Part shown: one piece after another, positions 58,169 through 64,000 of the stretch
Layout: every line of letters starts with the position of its first letter
How positions within the stretch are numbered: position 1 is the stretch's first letter
Source of the DNA: an uncultured delta proteobacterium
GTDB lineage: Bacteria > Desulfobacterota > Binatia > DP-6
DNA length: 64,000 nucleotides
Direction of reading: 5' to 3'
NCBI GenBank assembly: GCA_963815115.1
Contig: CAWFFN010000005.1
Coordinates: forward strand, 160,001 to 224,000
Made by a program: the position numbers and the translations under genes
Notes under the pieces: generated by a model
The model's database searches: none
What the model saw: the letters and a program-made list of their open reading frames with translations, nothing else
What the model was told of the DNA's origin: nothing

Positions 58169-59023
58169 GTGCAACAGCCACCTCGCACAGCCCTGCTCGC
58201 ATCCGAGCCGGACGATCGGGTCGAGTTCGCAACCGTGCCGGAGGTTCCGGGGGTGGAGTTCTTCAGGGTCGACGCGGTGGCACGGCTGTGGCGCTGGCAC
58301 CACGAGACCTACACCGTGTCCAGCCCCCCCGAGCCGATGCAGGTCGAGTGGCGTTATCGCACGCGGCTCCACCGAACCGATCCCGCAACGATCGCCTTCA
58401 TGGAGCCCGGCGAGGTGCACGTCGAACTTCACAAGACCGCGCGGTACGAGCGGCTGCGGGTGCTGTTCTTCTCGCCCGAGATCGTGCACGCGGCGGCCCG
58501 GGAGCTCGGCCGTCCGAGCGCTGAGGTGCACTGGCGTGACGGGCAGCAGAGTCACCCGGATCTGCAGGGCGAGCTCCTGCGCACCCATGCGGCGTTCGAG
58601 ACCGAGACCACGACGCTCGAGCGCCAGTCGCGCATCGCGCACGTGCTCGAGCGTCTGCTGACCGAGTGCTCCGACTCGCGCTCCCCACATCCGCCGGCGA
58701 CGCTTGAACCCGACGCCGTGCGGAAGGCGCGGACCTTCCTGCTCGACCGCTGGGCCGACAACGTCTCGCTGGAGGAGCTGGTCGGCGTCGCGGGGATCGG
58801 TCGCTTCCGCCTCGTCCGCGCGTTTCACGCTGCGATCGGGCTGCCTCCGCACGCGTACCAGATCCGCGTGCGGGTGGGACGCGCAATGAGCATGATCCGG
58901 ATGGGGAGGCCGCTCGTGCAGGTGGCGGCGAACACGGGCTTCACGGATCAGAGCCACCTGGCGCGCCACTTCAGGCGGATCGTCGGCATCGCCCCCGGTC
59001 GCTACCGGCAGGCGGTGCGCTGA
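58169..59023 (+). CDS. AraC family transcriptional regulator
   Basis: HHETY cupin-like N-domain; GLPPHAY and GFTDQSHL.RHF. Start is uncertain. Confidence 0.9.
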   Translation: MQQPPRTALLASEPDDRVEFATVPEVPGVEFFRVDAVARLWRWHHETYTVSSPPEPMQVEWRYRTRLHRTDPATIAFMEPGEVHVELHKTARYERLRVLFFSPEIVHAAARELGRPSAEVHWRDGQQSHPDLQGELLRTHAAFETETTTLERQSRIAHVLERLLTECSDSRSPHPPATLEPDAVRKARTFLLDRWADNVSLEELVGVAGIGRFRLVRAFHAAIGLPPHAYQIRVRVGRAMSMIRMGRPLVQVAANTGFTDQSHLARHFRRIVGIAPGRYRQAVR

Positions 59024-59040
59024 GCCGCGCGCAGCTGGCG

Positions 59041-59631
59041 TCAGGCTGCCGCGAGCGCGGAGCGCCGGCGTCGGGTCGCGACGCGGATCGCCAGGGCGAC
59101 GAGCAGGAGCGCCACCGGGATCAGCTTGAGCGGCGCCCGCGCGCTGCCGAGCGCGTAGGTGATCAGGAAGATCTGCCAGATCCAGTACCCCCCGACGGTG
59201 TGCAGGAGCTGCCAGCGCCGGGGCCCGAGCCACGCGACGCTGGCGTCGTTCGAGGTCGCCGCCATGGCGGCGACGAAGACGTACCCGATGCCGCCGACCA
59301 CGATCGTGCTCGTCGCGGTGCCGCTCCAGAACGACGCGGGGGAGCTCCTCAGGAGCGCGAGGATCGCCACCAGGTGCAGGAAATGGGACGCCGCGAACGA
59401 CAGTCCGAGATGGCGCCGGTTGGCGAGGAGCCAGCGCGTCACCGCGCCGGGTCGGAGCCGGAATGCGGCCGAAGCGCTGAAGGCGAGCAGGAAGAGCGCC
59501 AGCGAGGTGCGCGCCGTCAGCCGGATGACCGCGCGGATGCCGTCCTCGCCGGTACCGGCGAATCCCAGCACCGCGAGGCAGAGCCCGCACACGACCGCGG
59601 TCGCGACGCCGACGAGGCGCGGGCCGGCCAT
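59041..59631 (-). CDS. Ferric-reductase-like transmembrane protein (MsrQ-like)
   Basis: RRHLGLSFA.SHFLH and ATSN..W..LH motifs. Confidence 0.8.
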   Translation of the reverse strand: MAGPRLVGVATAVVCGLCLAVLGFAGTGEDGIRAVIRLTARTSLALFLLAFSASAAFRLRPGAVTRWLLANRRHLGLSFAASHFLHLVAILALLRSSPASFWSGTATSTIVVGGIGYVFVAAMAATSNDASVAWLGPRRWQLLHTVGGYWIWQIFLITYALGSARAPLKLIPVALLLVALAIRVATRRRRSALAAA

Positions 59632-60767
59632 CACCGGAACCGCGGCGCGATCTCGGTGGCGAACAGCTCGATCGATCGCATCACCTTGTCGTGCGGGATG
59701 CGATCCGCCTGCATCAGCGCGATGAAGTGGTCGAGTCCCGCCTCCGCGTAGCGCTCGACCTTGCGCAGGCAGTGGTCGACGTCGCCGACGATCACCATGT
59801 CCTCCGAGTCGAGGTCGTCGAAGGTGCACTTGTTCTTCATGCATCTTGAGGATCGATCGGGTACTCCTTCGCGATCATGTCGCGATACGGCGTGCTCTTG
59901 ATCTCCACGATCGGCGTACTCGCGCTCGCATGCCGCGCCCGCGCGGGTCGGCGAAGCCGCCGAGCACGCGGAAGGCGTAGAGCAGGTAGTTGATCGCGGC
60001 GTCGGCGCCGCCGTTGGCGATCGCGTCGGCCTTCGAGTCTCGGCGACGTGGACGATGGTGAAGGCGCCGACCCGGTCGTTGACGAACTTGCCGACCGGCT
60101 TGGCGTCGCGCAGCGCCGCCCGGTAGGCGCGCACGCGGTCCGCGAGCTGCGGTACGCTGACGAAGATGGTCAGGCCGAGGATGCCGATGCCGTTGCGGCC
60201 CGGCCAGCTCCCACGACTGCGGGCTGGTCGCCGCCATCCAGATCGGCGGGTGCGGCTTCTGCAGCGGCTTCGGGATGATGCTGCGCGGACGGGATCGAGA
60301 CGAAGCGGCCCTGGTACTCGAAGGGGTCCTCCGTCCACATGCGCGGGATGATCTCGAGCGACTCCTGCCACATGTCGCGCGAGTGCTCGGTGTCGATCTC
60401 GAAGCCGGCCTGCTCGTACTGGCTCGAGCGGCCGGTGCCGAACTCGACCCGGCCGTCGGAGAGGATGTCGAGCGCCGCGACCCGCTCGGCCACCCGGATC
60501 GGGTGGTTGAACTTGTGCGGCAGCAGCATGACGCCGTGGCCGATGCGGATGCGCTTCGTGCGCTGCGACGACCGCGGCGAGGAACACCTCGGGCGCCGAC
60601 GAGTGCGCGAACTCGGTGAGGAAGTGGTGCTCGACCGCCCAGACGGTGTCGAAGCCGAGCCGGTCGGCGAGCACGATCTGCTCGAGCGCCTCGTGATAGC
60701 AGCGGTACTCGCTGCGCTCGTCGTGCGGCTTCGGGATCTGGAGCTCGTAGAGGAGGTCGAACTTCAT
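59631..60767 (-). CDS. LLM class flavin-dependent oxidoreductase with several compensating frameshifts
   Basis: VEHHF..SAPE, HPIRVAER..LDILSDGRVEFGTGR and PKPLQKPHPP lie in three different frames. Confidence 0.82.
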   Translation of the reverse strand: MKFDLLYELQIPKPHDERSEYRCYHEALEQIVLADRLGFDTVWAVEHHFLTEFAHSSAPEVFLAAVVAAHEAHPHRPRRHAAAAQVQPPDPGGRAGRGARHPLRRPGRVRHRPLEPVRAGRLRDRHRALARHVAGVARDHPAHVDGGPLRVPGPLRLDPVRAASSRSRCRSRTRRSGWRRPARSRGSWPGRNGIGILGLTIFVSVPQLADRVRAYRAALRDAKPVGKFVNDRVGAFTIVHVAETRRPTRSPTAAPTPRSTTCSTPSACSAASPTRAGAACEREYADRGDQEHAVSRHDREGVPDRSSRCMKNKCTFDDLDSEDMVIVGDVDHCLRKVERYAEAGLDHFIALMQADRIPHDKVMRSIELFATEIAPRFR

Positions 60768-60835
60768 CGCCGCACGGTATGCGACGTCGGCGCGGTGCGG
60801 TGCAAGTCGCGGCGCGGCGGGGTAGGGTGATCGAC

Positions 60836-61612
60836 ATGGCCGAGTTCGCCCTTCCGCGCAGCGAGGAGCCGTTCGACTTCCGCCACCAGGCGGCGATCTA
60901 CGCGCGCTATCGCCGTGACTACTCGGCAGACCTCTACGACGCGATCGGTGCGCGCACCGGTCCCGCGGCGGGACGCCTCGCGATCGACGTCGGCTGCGGG
61001 ACGGGCTTCGTCACCGCGGGTCTCGGCCGCTACGGGTGGCGCGCGCTGGGCGTCGACTTCTCCGAGCCGATGCTCGCCGGAGCACGCGAGGCATGGGCGG
61101 GCCGGCTCCGGCTGGTGCGTGCGCGCGGCGAAGCGCTGCCGGTGCGCGACGGGCGCGCCGCGCTGATCACGTGCGGCACGTCCTTCCACTGGCTCGCACC
61201 GGCGCCGGGGCTGACGGAATTCACGCGCACGCTCGCGGGGGGCGGCTGGGTCGCGCTGTTCTGGCGCTACGCCGCGCCGGGCGAGCCGTCGACGCGGCTC
61301 GTGATGGAGGTGCTGCGCGCCACCAACGCCGCCGTGCCACCCGACTTCGAGCAGCTCCGCGTGCATCCGGTCGATCCCTTCGCCGGCTCGGGGCTGGAGT
61401 CGGTGCCCCCGGTCGTCCTCCGTTCCAGCCTCGAGTTCACCGCCGACGACTTTCACGGCTACGTGGCGACGCTCGAGTGGATCCGGCGCTTCGCGGGCGC
61501 GGGACATGCGGGGTTCCTGACCCGCCTGCGCGACGTGCTGGCGGAGCGCCACCCGGACGGCTTCTCGGAGCGCAACGAGGAGTATCTGTTCCTGGCCCGC
61601 AAGCCCGGCTAG
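60836..61612 (+). CDS. Class I SAM-dependent methyltransferase
   Basis: DVGCGTG, GVDFS.PML and SFHW motifs. Confidence 0.9.
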   Translation: MAEFALPRSEEPFDFRHQAAIYARYRRDYSADLYDAIGARTGPAAGRLAIDVGCGTGFVTAGLGRYGWRALGVDFSEPMLAGAREAWAGRLRLVRARGEALPVRDGRAALITCGTSFHWLAPAPGLTEFTRTLAGGGWVALFWRYAAPGEPSTRLVMEVLRATNAAVPPDFEQLRVHPVDPFAGSGLESVPPVVLRSSLEFTADDFHGYVATLEWIRRFAGAGHAGFLTRLRDVLAERHPDGFSERNEEYLFLARKPG

Positions 61613-61770
61613 GAGGGCGACCCGGAGGCGAGCGTGTGGCGTTCGGCGAATCGAGCGGACGCCGTGCCGCGGCGGCTTTGCCGCTCGCGGCACGACGAAC
61701 GCACGGTTCATCGAGTCTGATTCTCGCCCTCCGTCTCGACCCGAGACGGAGTCTCGGGTCGAGCTCCTAG
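61609..61770. mobile_element. MITE/REPIN-like element, copy D (short form, inverted relative to copy B)
   Basis: CTAGGAGGGCGACCCG...CGGGTCGAGCTCCTAG. Its reverse complement shares CGAGACGGAGGGCGAGAATCAGACTCGATGAACCGTG and GTCCGCTCGATTCGCCGAACGCCAC with copy B. Confidence 0.8.
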
Positions 61771-61994
61771 GCCGGAGCGTACGCCTGCCGGAAGCCCAGG
61801 CCTCTCGCAAGCCGCAAGCCACCCGTCCGTCCGTTCGCTTGTCAGGGACGAATCGAACGCATAGGAGCACCTAGTCCTCGGCGGTGGCTGCGAAGGGCAG
61901 GAAGAGCTCGACCGTGGTGCGGAAGAGAATGACTGTGGGGAAATTCTTCGCGTTCTTTGCTGACGCCGTGGAAACCACGCGGTAATACCGGGTC

Positions 61995-64000
61995 GTGTCG
62001 GACGACGAGGCGACCAGCCGCTGGCTCCGGAAGGGACCGGCCAATCGTCCGGGTCGCGACGTCGTCCCGGCCCGGGGCGATGGCGCGCCGAGAAAGCGGG
62101 CGGCACGACGAGCCGGCCGCATTCTCGGCGTTCTCGCGCTCCTCCTCGCCCCTGCTGGAGCCCCTGCTGCCGATCCCTGCGACCCCACGCTTGCGGGCAT
62201 GGCCTGCAGCCTGCCGGTCGGGCCGATGCAGTGCTACGAGGTGAAGCCCGGCGCCTTCCCGCGTACCCCCGTGAGCGTGCAGAGCGCGCTCGGAACGCTC
62301 GACTACTCCCTGCGCTTCCCGCACCGGCTCTGCTTCCCGCTGACCGGCGACGCCAGGACGGCGGCGTCGCCGGCGCAATTCCTCCTGGGGTACGTGGTCC
62401 GGACGTCGGCTCGCTCCGTGCCGGGTCGCCGGGTGGTGACCCAGTTCGGCACGGTGACGCTCGACGTGAAGCGCCCCGACCTGTTGCTCGTGCCCACCGC
62501 CACGAGTCTCTCGGGACCTCCCGCGCCGCTGACGGCGCCCCTCCTCGACAACTTCCAGTGCTACGGCGTGCGGCCCAGCCGCGGCACGCCCAGGTTCGTG
62601 CCGATCCGCGGGGTGGAGGTGGCCGACGCGCTCGAGACCCGCGTCGTCGACCTTCTCGAGCCGACCCGGCTGTGCGCCCCGGCGAATCTCGACGGCGAGG
62701 ACGTCGACGCGCCGGGCCGATCCGCGCGTCTGCTGTGCTATCGAACGCAGTCCTCCGCCAGCTTCGGCGAGGTGGATATCTTCACCCGCAACCGGTTCGG
62801 GGCCGACGACGGCACCCTGATCCACCGCCGCGAGCTGTGCGTCCCCTCGCTCGTCGATTCCGTTCCGAGCACCACCACGACGACGTCGAGCACCACGTCC
62901 ACCACGGTCACCTCGAGCACGACGACCACGTCCACTTCCACCGCCACGACGACCACCTCGAGGCCGTCCGGCACCACGACCACGACGGCGACCGCCACCA
63001 CGCCGACGACCACCAGCACCGTTCCGCCCGTCGTGTGCGGTGACGGGATCGTCGACACCTCGGCGGGCGAGGCGTGCGACGACGGCAACACCGCGGCGGG
63101 TGACTGCTGCTCTCCCACCTGCCAGATCGACCCCGACGGCACCAGCTGCAGCGACGGCGACGTCTGCAACGGGGAGGAGATCTGCCGCGGGGGGCGCTGC
63201 GTGACGGCCACGGAACCCGAGAGCGCGGCGTGCCGGAGCGGCTTCGGGATCGCGGCGGTGAGCAACTTCCGCGACGACACCGTGTCGCTCGTGAACCTCG
63301 CGACCGGCACCGTGGCGGCGACGGTGCCGGTCGGAGCCGGGCCCTGGGGCGTCGCGGTCCACCCCCGCGGCACCGAGCTGTGGATCACCAATCGGGGTGG
63401 ACGGAGCGTGTCGGTGGTAGACCTCGCGACCCGCACGGTGTCCGCCACGATCGCGGTCGGCCGCGTTCCCCTGGGCATCGTGTTCGACGCGAGCGGGGGC
63501 CGCGCCTACATCGCGAGCTACGGCGACGATCGGGTGGACGTGATCGACACGACCACTCGCACCGTCGTCGGCCGCTTCCGGGTCGATCGCGGGCCGTCGA
63601 GCCTGGTCCTCGATCCGGCCGGTCAGACGCTGTACGTCGCGAGCTTCGGGGCGGATACCGTCTCGGCGCTCGATCCCGCCAGTGGACGGCTCCTGGCGCG
63701 GGTGCGGACGGCCCACAAGCCGCTCCATCTGGCGCTGGACGCCGGGCGCGGCCGGCTCTACGTCACCAACTTCGGGGGCGGGTCGGTCACGGTCATCGGC
63801 CTGGTGAGCCGCACCGTGCTCACCACCATCCGGGTGGGACGGAAGCCCTTCGGGGTGGCCGTCGACTCGGAGCGTGCCCGAGCCTGGGTGAGCGACGCCG
63901 CGCAGAGCACCGTGGTCGCGATCGACACGGCGGAGAACGACGTCGCCCAGGTGCTGCCGGCGGCGTCGGGGCCGCTCGGCGTCGCGGTCGACTCCACTGG
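61995..64000 (+). CDS. Large secreted modular protein (CY-repeat domain, Thr linker, Myxococcus-type Cys-rich repeat, YVTN beta-propeller), runs off the window edge
   Basis: Translated by hand: RILGVLALLLAPAGAPA signal, QCY/LLCY/LCVPS units, poly-Thr, CGDG..EACDDGN..GDCCS, then V..TI.VG..P.G repeats. Start is uncertain. Confidence 0.8.
   Translation, partial: MSDDEATSRWLRKGPANRPGRDVVPARGDGAPRKRAARRAGRILGVLALLLAPAGAPAADPCDPTLAGMACSLPVGPMQCYEVKPGAFPRTPVSVQSALGTLDYSLRFPHRLCFPLTGDARTAASPAQFLLGYVVRTSARSVPGRRVVTQFGTVTLDVKRPDLLLVPTATSLSGPPAPLTAPLLDNFQCYGVRPSRGTPRFVPIRGVEVADALETRVVDLLEPTRLCAPANLDGEDVDAPGRSARLLCYRTQSSASFGEVDIFTRNRFGADDGTLIHRRELCVPSLVDSVPSTTTTTSSTTSTTVTSSTTTTSTSTATTTTSRPSGTTTTTATATTPTTTSTVPPVVCGDGIVDTSAGEACDDGNTAAGDCCSPTCQIDPDGTSCSDGDVCNGEEICRGGRCVTATEPESAACRSGFGIAAVSNFRDDTVSLVNLATGTVAATVPVGAGPWGVAVHPRGTELWITNRGGRSVSVVDLATRTVSATIAVGRVPLGIVFDASGGRAYIASYGDDRVDVIDTTTRTVVGRFRVDRGPSSLVLDPAGQTLYVASFGADTVSALDPASGRLLARVRTAHKPLHLALDAGRGRLYVTNFGGGSVTVIGLVSRTVLTTIRVGRKPFGVAVDSERARAWVSDAAQSTVVAIDTAENDVAQVLPAASGPLGVAVDST
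62868..63020 (+). repeat. Low-complexity Thr/Ser-rich coding repeat
   Basis: STTTTTSSTTSTT... linker. Confidence 0.85.

Noticed and set aside
54489-58232. Very long antisense or alternative-frame ORFs (1247 aa here; also 3968-6736, 46791-49736 and 7970-10381)
   Set aside because: Shadow ORFs typical of high-GC DNA. They overlap well-supported genes and are Arg/Ala/Pro-rich with no motifs.

Overview
A GC-rich bacterial chromosomal window, densely coding, with no rRNA, no CRISPR array and no intact transposase or integrase. The mix of Cys-rich and Thr-linker secreted proteins, LLM oxidoreductases and paired acyl-CoA dehydrogenases suggests a Binatia/deltaproteobacteria-like genome; this is inference only. 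It carries thioredoxin, several SDR/GNAT/LLM enzymes, a PHM-like copper monooxygenase, a diiron protein, a Tat-exported aminotransferase, tRNA-Leu(CAA) with decayed island debris at its 3' side, a cytochrome-like/DUF1800/DUF1501 operon, ppx-CHAD-sixA, pfkA, ilvE and ligD. It also carries an ~11 kb metal-homeostasis block: TonB receptor-TonB-ExbB-ExbD2, an RcnR-like repressor with its operator, a P1B-ATPase with an atypical GACG motif, TolC and a multicopper oxidase. The most notable unannotated signal is a family of nested-palindromic 100-280 bp intergenic elements (4 copies). The two complete copies have CTAG ends and terminal inverted repeats, three copies overlap TAG stop codons, and one copy supplies the C-terminus of a PadR regulator. 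Several genes show single-base frameshifts, which are probably assembly errors. All family assignments come from motifs read by eye; no database search was run.
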